IMG/VR virus record: IMGVR_UViG_3300005340_000040
Location: 3,863 to 67,862 of that record
Origin: a virus
Strand: one strand, 5' to 3'
Length of the DNA: 64,000 nt
Shown here: one piece after another, positions 7,445-15,891 of the stretch
How the letters are laid out: each line of letters starts with the position of its first letter
How positions within the stretch are numbered: the first letter of the stretch is position 1
The notes under the pieces: model-generated
Database searches by the model: none
Told to the model about the DNA's origin: nothing
What the model saw: only the letters and a program-made list of their open reading frames with translations
Made by a program: the position numbers and the translations under genes

Positions 7445-7762
7445 ATGGGTTCTGAGAAGAAGAGGGTGCGTGCAGCGTTTCGCAATGCGGTGTTTTCCCG
7501 CGACAGCAACCGGTGCCGAGCGTGCGCTAGCCCGAGCGTCGCGCTCGATGCGCACCACATCACCGACAGGAACCTGATGCCCAACGGCGGCTACGTTGCG
7601 GAGAACGGCATCTCGCTGTGTCAAACGTGCCACGAGAAGGCTGAGGTCTACCACTCCACGGGAACAGCGCTGCTGGGCTGGTCGCCGGACGACCTGTACA
7701 GGTTGATCGGATCAACGTACGATCTGGCGGTCGCCGCGGCCAAGCGCAGCGGCGGGTGCTAG
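7445..7762 (+). CDS. HNH endonuclease
   Basis: VFSRD..CRAC, LDAHHI, NGISLCQTCH. Confidence 0.9.
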   Translation: MGSEKKRVRAAFRNAVFSRDSNRCRACASPSVALDAHHITDRNLMPNGGYVAENGISLCQTCHEKAEVYHSTGTALLGWSPDDLYRLIGSTYDLAVAAAKRSGGC

Positions 7763-7769
7763 GCCGACG

Positions 7770-7940
7770 ATGAGCAGGAACGTGAAGCACGTGCGCCGGA
7801 AGGTAACGCAGGAGCAGGTCGACGCGATGAACCGCATGCTGCAGCTCAGCAGCGCGCCCTTCCGGTACGCGGTTGGGAACGATGGCCGGTTGACCGAGGT
7901 ACCGCACCACCATCATGAGCTGCACGGTTGCTGCAGCTGA
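7770..7940 (+). CDS. 56-aa hypothetical protein with His/Cys-rich C-terminus (..PHHHHELHGCCS), not in the ORF track
   Basis: Fills the gap between HNH and tRNA-Leu; GC3-rich codons. Confidence 0.5.
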   Translation: MSRNVKHVRRKVTQEQVDAMNRMLQLSSAPFRYAVGNDGRLTEVPHHHHELHGCCS

Positions 7941-7982
7941 ACCATCGAATCGATCTACGTAAGGAAACGCAGGCAAGGCCTC

Positions 7983-8068
7983 GCCGACGTGCATGGAACA
8001 CGGTAGACAGCGCAAGCTCAAACCTTGCGGCTCCCAGGAGCATGTGGGTTCGAACCCCACCGTCGGCA
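7983..8068 (+). tRNA. trnL: tRNA-Leu(CAA)
   Basis: GCAAG-CT-CAA-AC-CTTGC; long variable arm. Confidence 0.9.
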
Positions 8069-8070
8069 CG

Positions 8071-8412
8071 ATGAACGACAACGACCAGCAGCCACGAAGG
8101 CTCGTGGTCCACTGCAAGCGTGAACCGTTCGACGTCTACATCGGGCGCGGGCGTTCGTCGCAGTGGGGCAACCCGTTCTCCGACAACCCGCAGAGCCTAG
8201 CGAAGGTCGTCGTCGGCGATCGCAATGAAGCGATCGCCCGCTACGAAGAGTGGCTGCTGCAGCAGCCGGAGCTGGTCGCACGTGCCAGGAAGGAGCTGCG
8301 TGGCAAGGTGCTGGGGTGCTGGTGTTCCCCGCGGGCCTGCCACGGCGACGTCCTGGCCAGGATCGCGAACGAGGATGGGCCCAGCCCGGTCGAGCGCCCC
8401 GAGGAACCGTGA
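8071..8412 (+). CDS. DUF4326 family protein
   Basis: DVYIGRG..WGNPF, LRGKVLGCWCSP..CHGDVL. Confidence 0.9.
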   Translation: MNDNDQQPRRLVVHCKREPFDVYIGRGRSSQWGNPFSDNPQSLAKVVVGDRNEAIARYEEWLLQQPELVARARKELRGKVLGCWCSPRACHGDVLARIANEDGPSPVERPEEP

Positions 8413-9026
8413 AATCGTACCCATCGATCCCGTACGCGGTGACGTCGCGCCTGCCCATCATCGCCTTCGACAAGCTCGACGGCAGCAACGTACGCGCGGA
8501 GTGGTCGTCCAAGCGCGGTTGGTACAAGTTCGGCACCCGCCACAGGCTCATCGTCGACGGGGAGCCCATCTTTGGGCCGGTCCCCCAGCTCATCAACGAG
8601 AAGTACGGTGAGCCGCTCGCCCGTGCGATCCACGGGGCTGGGTTCGACCGCGCGGTGTGCTTCTTTGAGCTGTGGGGCCCAGGATCGTTCGCGGGCTCGC
8701 ACGATCCGAACGAATCGTTGACGATCACGTTGCTCGACGTCGCTCCCTACAACCAGGGGATCCTAGAGCCCGAACGTTTCCTCAGGGTGTGCGGTGGGTT
8801 GGACCACGCACGCATCCCGCACTGGGGGCCCTGCACCCCGGAGTTCATCGAGCAGGTTCGCGCTAGCGAGCTGCCGGAGATGACGTTCGAGGGCGTGGTA
8901 TGCAAGGCTGCGGCCGAGAACCGCGCAAAGATGCCGACGATGTTCAAGCAGAAGTCACGTGCATGGCTCGAGAAGCTACACGAACACTGCCACGGCGACC
9001 AGGCCATGTACAGCAGGCTGATATGA
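8409..9026 (+). CDS. RNA ligase-like nucleotidyltransferase
   Basis: YPSI start, KLDGSN motif I, FFELWG, EGVVCK motif IV, terminal FKQK; GTGA overlap start. Confidence 0.75.
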   Translation: MKSYPSIPYAVTSRLPIIAFDKLDGSNVRAEWSSKRGWYKFGTRHRLIVDGEPIFGPVPQLINEKYGEPLARAIHGAGFDRAVCFFELWGPGSFAGSHDPNESLTITLLDVAPYNQGILEPERFLRVCGGLDHARIPHWGPCTPEFIEQVRASELPEMTFEGVVCKAAAENRAKMPTMFKQKSRAWLEKLHEHCHGDQAMYSRLI

Positions 9027-9042
9027 CGACGACCCTTCGCAA

Positions 9043-9118
9043 CGACCGTGGCACTCCCGGTTGGGGTCGGCCGTCTTATAAGCGGCTGCGACAGGGGGCT
9101 CGACACCCCCGCGGTCGA
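9043..9118 (+). tRNA. trnI: Atypical tRNA-Ile(TAT)
   Basis: Acceptor CGACCGT/GCGGTCG, GCCGT-CT-TAT-AA-GCGGC, T-arm GGGGG-CTCGACA-CCCCC, A73. Confidence 0.75.
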
Positions 9119-9120
9119 CG

Positions 9121-9546
9121 ATGAGGAGGTCTCGAGTTGAGGTCGTGGACGGCGCGCCTGCTCGAGCGTTCCATGCGTTCGCATCGTCAGCAGAGCTGCT
9201 GGCGTGGGTGCGGGCGGTGTCGAACGGTGAGCAGGTGCAGCATGCCGCGGGCATGCTGACGCTGGTCCTCGAGCGCGGGTCGTTCCTCGACGTGGAGCTG
9301 GTCGGGTACGAGTACGCCTACGACGTCGCTCCTGCGGCACGCCTGAACCACGTAAGGATGGCGCTGGCCCAGCGGACCAGCAACGCTGCGGGGCTCCTTG
9401 TGAGCATCTACCAGGGGTGGGTCACCGACGGCATGCTACCGTTGCGGGCGGGCACGTGGAATGGTTTCGTGGTTCGCGCGCTGGCTGCCGCCGACGAGCA
9501 GCTGGACCTCGCGGCGCTGTTCGAGAGCGCCACACGCACGACCTAG
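9121..9546 (+). CDS. Hypothetical protein
   Basis: ORF filling the intergenic space with GC3 bias. Confidence 0.6.
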   Translation: MRRSRVEVVDGAPARAFHAFASSAELLAWVRAVSNGEQVQHAAGMLTLVLERGSFLDVELVGYEYAYDVAPAARLNHVRMALAQRTSNAAGLLVSIYQGWVTDGMLPLRAGTWNGFVVRALAAADEQLDLAALFESATRTT

Positions 9547-9587
9547 ACGGGTTGTAGCAGCGCACCACAAGGATGTACCATCCGGGG

Positions 9588-10817
9588 ATGGTTCCCCTCG
9601 TCGTCGACTACCTCAAGGATCACAGCCTCCAGCAGCTGGAGGATGACCACGGCGTCTGCGCTCGGTTCTCGAACGATCGTACGAAGGCATCGCTCAACTA
9701 CGACCAGATCCTGATCAGGAACGGCGATCGCCTCGCCGAGCAGTGCCGTGGGATGGTCGTGCGCGTCCTCGCCGCATCGCCGGCGGACGACGAGCGGATG
9801 GTCCGTCCCGTGGGGCACGTCGCGGTCGTCGCCTGGCCCATGGACCGCTTCTACAACCACGGCGACGTCGCTGCAGCCCCGGTCGACTGGGGCTGCCCCC
9901 GCCTGCGCGTCGACGAGAAGCTCGACGGCACCATGATCGTGCTGTACCACGACGCGGATCGATGGCACGTTGCGACGCGCGGGGTTCCCGAGGCCGACCT
10001 GCCCATCCACGCGGGGCACCTCGAGGTCGGCGACATGACGTTCTCCGAGCTGTTCTGGTGGGCCCTGCGGTGCACCCTCGTTGGGCAGGTCTGCGCCCAC
10101 GCTGGAGATCATCGTGATTGGTGCATCGACGCGTTGGGCGCCCACCTACGCACCGACATCACGTACGTCCTCGAGCTGACGTCCCACGTCAACCAGGTCG
10201 TGGTGCGCTACGAGAGCCCAGGCGTGACGCTGCTCGCGGCACGTCGCACCAGCACCGGCGAGGAGCTTCATCTGGACGAGATCGAGCTGCCGGGGGTGCC
10301 CAGGCCGCGGACGTGGCCGCTGGCCGACGCTGCTTCGGTCACAGCGTTCGTCAACAACGCCCTACCGAGCGAGCTCGAGGGCGCGGTGGTGATCGATGGT
10401 TCCTTCCGCAGGTTGAAGGTCAAGAGCAAGGCATGGGTCATGGCGTCCCGCGCCAAGGACTCCGTCACGTCGAGCGCGCGGAACGCGCTGGAAGCGATCA
10501 TCCTAGAGAAGGCCGACGACATCGTACCGTTGCTTCCCAGCGACGCTGGGGATCGTCTCCTGCGCATGCAGTCCGCGTACGTGCGGTACTGCCGCGGCGT
10601 CGACCGTGCGTTTGCTGCAATCAAGGATGCTAGCGATGGGTCGCGGAAGGACTTCGCGGTTCGCGTCAGCGCCCTACACGATTGGTCTGCGCCCTACTTT
10701 GCGCTGCTGGACCGTCGAGCCTCCACTACGAGGGAGTGGGTGCATGGGATGTGCGAAGGCAGCAGGTTGAGCGCTTCCGCGCTCGACAACATGATCAAAA
10801 TCATCAATGAACCATGA
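9588..10817 (+). CDS. T4 Rnl1-like RNA ligase
   Basis: QCRG, FYN, EKLDGTMI, YVLELTS..NQVV, EGAVV, RLKVKS; leaderless ATG after TTGTAG-N18-TACCAT. Confidence 0.85.
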   Translation: MVPLVVDYLKDHSLQQLEDDHGVCARFSNDRTKASLNYDQILIRNGDRLAEQCRGMVVRVLAASPADDERMVRPVGHVAVVAWPMDRFYNHGDVAAAPVDWGCPRLRVDEKLDGTMIVLYHDADRWHVATRGVPEADLPIHAGHLEVGDMTFSELFWWALRCTLVGQVCAHAGDHRDWCIDALGAHLRTDITYVLELTSHVNQVVVRYESPGVTLLAARRTSTGEELHLDEIELPGVPRPRTWPLADAASVTAFVNNALPSELEGAVVIDGSFRRLKVKSKAWVMASRAKDSVTSSARNALEAIILEKADDIVPLLPSDAGDRLLRMQSAYVRYCRGVDRAFAAIKDASDGSRKDFAVRVSALHDWSAPYFALLDRRASTTREWVHGMCEGSRLSASALDNMIKIINEP

Positions 10818-10823
10818 CGGTGC

Positions 10824-13800
10824 CTAGCGGGCCACGTCCAGGGCGTGGCCATCCAGGTACGGGACCGACGAGGTGCACTCAAGGCTGAGGTTGCTGCTCC
10901 TCGTGGAGCTCGGTGGCACGGTGAGCCCGGTCTGCGGATCGACGAACCTGACCTCCACGACCGCGGGCTGGGCCCCCTGCCGGAAGCCCGGCACAGTCGT
11001 CCTCTCTGATGACTGGTAGTACTTTGTGAACGGTCGCTGCTCCAGCATGTCGCGGAGCTGACCGAACCGTCCCCTGCGCCAGTAGGCCTTGCTGAAGCAC
11101 GGCGTACCGCTGTGCACGCCGTACTTCCATCCCCTGATCAACGGCGAGTACATGAAGAAGTTGTTGTCGAAGGTCTCGACCACCCCATCGGGGTGCGGGC
11201 CCTCAACGTCGCGGCGATCGAACAGATGGTTCGTCCCGAGCAGCGACGTGGCCGTGCCACCGTACCCATCGTCGCCGACGAACTGGAAGCACGTGTTCCG
11301 ATCGCCGAAGCCGAAGATGCCACGTGACACGTCATCGACGTTCGCGGACGACGTCACGTAGTAGCCGTTCGAGTTCTTGCTCGTGAGGTTGGCGTCCGCC
11401 AGCCAATCGAACGAGACGGCACCGGGGTGGGTGACAGGGCTGCCACCGTTCACGATCGAGTAGCCGAGGTGGGTCGACCCAAAGCAGAAACCGTTGACGA
11501 CGGTCGCAGGTATCGTGACGATGGTGGCAGCGACCTGGGCGTACGTGGCGATGAACGTCTTGGAGATGTCGACCTGCCGCGCGACCCCCGCGTAGCGCGG
11601 TTCGAACGGGTAGGCGCGGTTCCAGTTGCCGTTGATGGTCGGGCCGCCCGGGAGCGCTCCGGTGAACTGCGGCGTCAGCTGGTCCATGTAGATCCAACCC
11701 AAGCGGGAGGTGTTCGGATCGACCTGCTGCGGGTGGCCGAACAGCGGCGTGCCGATGGCAGACATCGCGGTGAAAATGCCCGTCCCATCGGCCGCGAAGC
11801 AATCCGCGATGCTGGGCATCATGGAGTCCCAGTAGCGCTCCGTCGAATTAACGTGGGCGCTCACGTTCAACCACCCGGCCCTCTCGAACCATGGTTCGGC
11901 TCGGAAGGCCTTGGAGGGGTTGATGAGCACGTCGCTCGCGTTCAACGACAGCGGAGGCACGTTCCGCGCATTGAGCCAGCTCAACTTACGGTCGCGCACC
12001 CCTTGGACCAACCTTGCCAGGCCGTTGGCGGTCGACGTGGTGATGAGGTTGCCCAGGTTGACGTCATCGCTGAAGCTGCCGCTCAGCTCATGCCTGTAGC
12101 CGAGCTCGAACTGATCGATGACGGGTTCCACGCCGATGGCCTCGTGCACCGCGTCCGAACCAAGCGCTTGGTTCAACGGGTCGTTGTGCTGCTGCCCAAG
12201 CTGCACCTGGCAACCGTACAGCGTCACGTTAACGCTACCCTGCAGCAGGGTGACGTCGTGGCCAAGGGCGCCCGACAGCGTCGGTATCGACCCGCTGGCT
12301 AGGCCGCTGTAGATGAAGGGTCGCGTCTTCGAAACGCTCAGCAGCAACCTGTCGCCGGGCATCAGGAGGTACGGTGATGGTTCGTAGCTGCTCAGCGTGA
12401 TCACCGTCGACGCGATGGCCCCGAAGCTGCCCGGGCTCGCCAGCACCGCTGCCTGCTGTGCGGAGAGCGACTGCACCCTGAACGGGTTGGGGACCGTCTG
12501 CCCCGTCTGGTCGAAGAGCCCCTGCAGCGTGGCATGCTCGTTCCCGAACAACGCTCGACCAGCGGGCTGCAGCCCCGTCGCGCCGCGGCCGAGGGGCGAC
12601 ACGTTGATGATGCTGGCGGTCTGGTTGAGGCTGCTCCTCACGTTGAGCTGTGCGGTCTGGCCCAGCAGGCCGGAGACGGCCGCTGCGTTCGCCGCCGCGG
12701 AGGCCGTGGTGTAGTTGTGCGTCCATGCCAGCGTCAAAGCAGCAGCGCTCGTCGCCGTGCAATTCACGGCCACGCTGCCGCTGAACGTCCCAGACGCTGC
12801 TGGGACGATGCCGCCCGGCACGCCACCGTACGCAAGGAAACCGACGGGCCTGACCTGGTAGGTCTGCGTATGGGGTGGGAACTGCGACAGCACGACCGTG
12901 CTCACGTTGTCCCCGGCGTGGGTAAACGTCCCCGTGAGGATCAGGTCACGCATCGACGCCCCGTCGGGCTGCCCCGACAGGTTCACCTGCCGCATCAGCG
13001 CCAGCGTCACTGCTGGGCCGGCCAGGTCGAACGCTGCGCCCGTCCCAGACAGCGGAACGAAGCACTGCGTCATGTCGGCGAACCAGCCCGGGCCGGCCGC
13101 GAACGGCAGCTCGAAGACGGCCTTCTCCACGAGGAAGGGCGACGTGATGGGCAGCGTGAACGTCTCATCGCTCGCCGGCCTGTACTCATCGCTGCTACGC
13201 ACCCCCTTGGGGTACGACCGGCCCAACGCTGCTGCCAGCGTGGACGGGCTGTAGGCGCTGCCGATCGCAGCGTCCGTGGAATCGTTGGCGCCGCTCGGGT
13301 TGTGCGAGCCCGACGACACGGGGGTCCCCAGCGCGTTGAAGCCCCGCGCGTCCTCCGGAAGTCGACCAGCGACGACGCTCGTCGCGGCGCTCGCCCAGTC
13401 GCCCCCGGCACCTGGGTTGGGGGAGGGCGGCAGCGCTCCCGTGTTCGCCAGCACGTACGTCGAGCGGATCGGAACGTTCCACGATCGGGTCCGCGAGTTG
13501 TAGTAGTAAATGCTGGACGTTGCCGCCGGCATCAGGATCCCGTAGTTGACCGGCAACGAGAAGCGAAGCTGCGTCTTCGCACGTAGCGGCCCGTCGAGCC
13601 CGGGTCCCACCCGATCGAGGGAGGAGCCGGTCAGGAAGTACGTGCTCGACAGCGTGCCCGGGCTCTGCTCAGGCCGCGATGAATCGATGAAGGCGTCCAT
13701 CCTCCCTGCCGGCGGAGGGGCTGCGATGAATGGTTCTGCCGCGCTCTTGACGATGCTGGCGGTGACGAGGAAGTCGCCCGAGAACAGGTCCTGCCTGTCC

Positions 13801-14993
13801 ATCGTCCCAGCGCTCGAGCCGCCGAAGAACCTGGGCAAGGTCGTGGGGTAGTTGACGACCACGGGCCCGCCCGCCGTGCCGAACACGGGGGAACGTCGAT
13901 CGTCGAAGGTGGTCGACGTACGTGGTGCCATCGACGAGCCATCGCGCAACGTGAAGGGGTACCTCAACGCTGCATCGTTCGAGCGTAGCTGCACCCGCGG
14001 CAGGATCCTGCGCCGGCGCGCGGGGGGCGAGAAGTTCATGATGCAGCCCATCGTGTCCAGCCCAGGCCAGTTCCGGGCGGGCACCAGGTTGACGCTGAAC
14101 GGCGCGGTGGCGCCCGCGTTCTCGCTGCCCGACACCGCCGTGTCGATGTACGACGCGTCGAACGTGAAGCCGCCGTAGACGTACTCCCGACGAGCGCCCT
14201 CGCGGTAGCCCAGGCCCGCCGAGAAGTCGCGGAACCTGTTCGTCCCGTTGGGCATGAAGATGCCGACCGAGGCGCCCTCGAACTGCTGCGAGCTGACGGG
14301 CAGCTGGATCGCTGTCCTGGGCGCGTACCGGTACTCGATCGAACCATTTTCGTAGATGACGACCTCGAACCTGACGACGGACGTGGGCGCCGTGAAGTTG
14401 CTGATCGATGCCCAGCGCACGATGAGCCGCCTGCCGCGGGCGGAGCGTGGGTCCTGGTAGTAGCTCACGCCGTAGGATGCAGCGTTGTAGAAGTTCGGCG
14501 GTGGTTCGAGGCCTGCCTGCAACCTGGCGACCTTCGTCGCTGAGAAGCCCGGGAAGGTCGCCAGCTGATCGGCCTGGTTGCAGACGTTGCGCAGGTCGTC
14601 GAACCACGGGGCCAGCAGGACAGCCTTCGATGTGAACGTTGGGCGGACGGTCTCGTTCTGCCAGATGAGCGCAGGCGATAGCACCTCGCTGGAGACGAAC
14701 GAGCCCAACGTTGGGTCGACGAGGACCATCCAACCGTTGGTGCACGCCGCCCACTGCTTGTACGTCACGCCGTCGAGCTGGAAGTCGAAGCCGATCGGTA
14801 CAGCGTTCGAGGTTGAGTCGTCCGTCCCGCCGGCGCCCGCGCCGGCGAAGGCGCTGAGCGGCGTGTTCGCGCCCGGGCCGGGCACCTGGGTGAACGCACC
14901 GTCGACGACGGATGACAGCCCCGCGCTGCCGTCGACGGTGCGCGTGAGAACGTAGTTCTCGAACCGCCTGGGCGGTTGGTCGTTGCTAGCCAT
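10824..14993 (-). CDS. Large putative virion structural protein (1389 aa)
   Basis: S/T/G-rich, beta-type; in baseplate operon; N-terminal IGFDF..LAPWFDDL (NIDO-like) segment. Confidence 0.7.
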   Translation of the reverse strand: MASNDQPPRRFENYVLTRTVDGSAGLSSVVDGAFTQVPGPGANTPLSAFAGAGAGGTDDSTSNAVPIGFDFQLDGVTYKQWAACTNGWMVLVDPTLGSFVSSEVLSPALIWQNETVRPTFTSKAVLLAPWFDDLRNVCNQADQLATFPGFSATKVARLQAGLEPPPNFYNAASYGVSYYQDPRSARGRRLIVRWASISNFTAPTSVVRFEVVIYENGSIEYRYAPRTAIQLPVSSQQFEGASVGIFMPNGTNRFRDFSAGLGYREGARREYVYGGFTFDASYIDTAVSGSENAGATAPFSVNLVPARNWPGLDTMGCIMNFSPPARRRRILPRVQLRSNDAALRYPFTLRDGSSMAPRTSTTFDDRRSPVFGTAGGPVVVNYPTTLPRFFGGSSAGTMDRQDLFSGDFLVTASIVKSAAEPFIAAPPPAGRMDAFIDSSRPEQSPGTLSSTYFLTGSSLDRVGPGLDGPLRAKTQLRFSLPVNYGILMPAATSSIYYYNSRTRSWNVPIRSTYVLANTGALPPSPNPGAGGDWASAATSVVAGRLPEDARGFNALGTPVSSGSHNPSGANDSTDAAIGSAYSPSTLAAALGRSYPKGVRSSDEYRPASDETFTLPITSPFLVEKAVFELPFAAGPGWFADMTQCFVPLSGTGAAFDLAGPAVTLALMRQVNLSGQPDGASMRDLILTGTFTHAGDNVSTVVLSQFPPHTQTYQVRPVGFLAYGGVPGGIVPAASGTFSGSVAVNCTATSAAALTLAWTHNYTTASAAANAAAVSGLLGQTAQLNVRSSLNQTASIINVSPLGRGATGLQPAGRALFGNEHATLQGLFDQTGQTVPNPFRVQSLSAQQAAVLASPGSFGAIASTVITLSSYEPSPYLLMPGDRLLLSVSKTRPFIYSGLASGSIPTLSGALGHDVTLLQGSVNVTLYGCQVQLGQQHNDPLNQALGSDAVHEAIGVEPVIDQFELGYRHELSGSFSDDVNLGNLITTSTANGLARLVQGVRDRKLSWLNARNVPPLSLNASDVLINPSKAFRAEPWFERAGWLNVSAHVNSTERYWDSMMPSIADCFAADGTGIFTAMSAIGTPLFGHPQQVDPNTSRLGWIYMDQLTPQFTGALPGGPTINGNWNRAYPFEPRYAGVARQVDISKTFIATYAQVAATIVTIPATVVNGFCFGSTHLGYSIVNGGSPVTHPGAVSFDWLADANLTSKNSNGYYVTSSANVDDVSRGIFGFGDRNTCFQFVGDDGYGGTATSLLGTNHLFDRRDVEGPHPDGVVETFDNNFFMYSPLIRGWKYGVHSGTPCFSKAYWRRGRFGQLRDMLEQRPFTKYYQSSERTTVPGFRQGAQPAVVEVRFVDPQTGLTVPPSSTRSSNLSLECTSSVPYLDGHALDVAR

Positions 14994-15003
14994 CTGGCAT
15001 CCC

Positions 15004-15891
15004 CTAGTAGGTCATCCCGCCGAACGCTACCGAGTCGGTCCCCGGGCGGGGGTTCCCATCATAGTACCACCCGCATGCGCACGATCGTTGGCCGTCGCCG
15101 ACGTAGCCGTCGTCGCTCGGTGCCATGGGTGACAGCGCTGCGATGATGGAAGCGCTGTCGAACGGATCGATCGCCGTCGTACCACGCAGCGCTCGAGCGT
15201 CGACGAAGGGAGGTACCCGGCGCGGTTCGGGCCTGAGGTACGCGACCGTCGACAGCGGGCCGAACATGTCGATGAGGTCCATGAACGGGCCCAACGCGCT
15301 GCGTACGCTGAGGCTGTCGACGCTGAGAACCATGTCGGATCCGTTGACGGCGTCATAGTTCCCTCCTGAGAGCGATCCCTTGACGCTGTGCGATTCGAAG
15401 GGCGCCTCGATGGAGCTCAACGACGCCACCGCTCGGATCGTCAGCGGCTCTATGGCACCGTCGAGCGAGGCCGCGTCGTTGCTCACGTCGATCGGAAACG
15501 TGATGATGTTCCACCAGAGCGGCGAGTCGACGAGCTGCGCTTGGATGTAGCCGACGGGGTCGAACCTGTCCTTGTCGGCCCGGGCTGCATGCTCTGATCC
15601 GACCTCGCCGCATCCAAACGTTGCCTGCCGCAGCACGTGGCCCTGGTCGCCGGACCAGACCTTCACCAGGCCTGCATCGTACCGTGCCTGCCTGGTGATC
15701 TCAACGCCCTGCGTGTACGGGTCGACAGGCTGGGTGTCCATGGACCCCGACGATGCGTCGATCCGACGCCGGGGGCGAGGACCCTCGTCGAAGGCCGGCG
15801 ATTCTCCCACGACGTCGATCCTGTCGAAGATGCCTGGACCTTGCGCACCCAGGAGGTTTGATGAGCTGCGCTGCGATGGGTTGAACATCAA
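15004..15891 (-). CDS. Putative virion protein
   Basis: Coupled to neighbours in the structural operon. Confidence 0.65.
   Translation of the reverse strand: MMFNPSQRSSSNLLGAQGPGIFDRIDVVGESPAFDEGPRPRRRIDASSGSMDTQPVDPYTQGVEITRQARYDAGLVKVWSGDQGHVLRQATFGCGEVGSEHAARADKDRFDPVGYIQAQLVDSPLWWNIITFPIDVSNDAASLDGAIEPLTIRAVASLSSIEAPFESHSVKGSLSGGNYDAVNGSDMVLSVDSLSVRSALGPFMDLIDMFGPLSTVAYLRPEPRRVPPFVDARALRGTTAIDPFDSASIIAALSPMAPSDDGYVGDGQRSCACGWYYDGNPRPGTDSVAFGGMTY

Noticed and set aside
1315-8068. Repeated GGTTCGAATCC-type motifs as a CRISPR array, and the many ORF-track entries across them
   Set aside because: The repeats are tRNA T-arms and the ORFs are shadows of tRNA genes.
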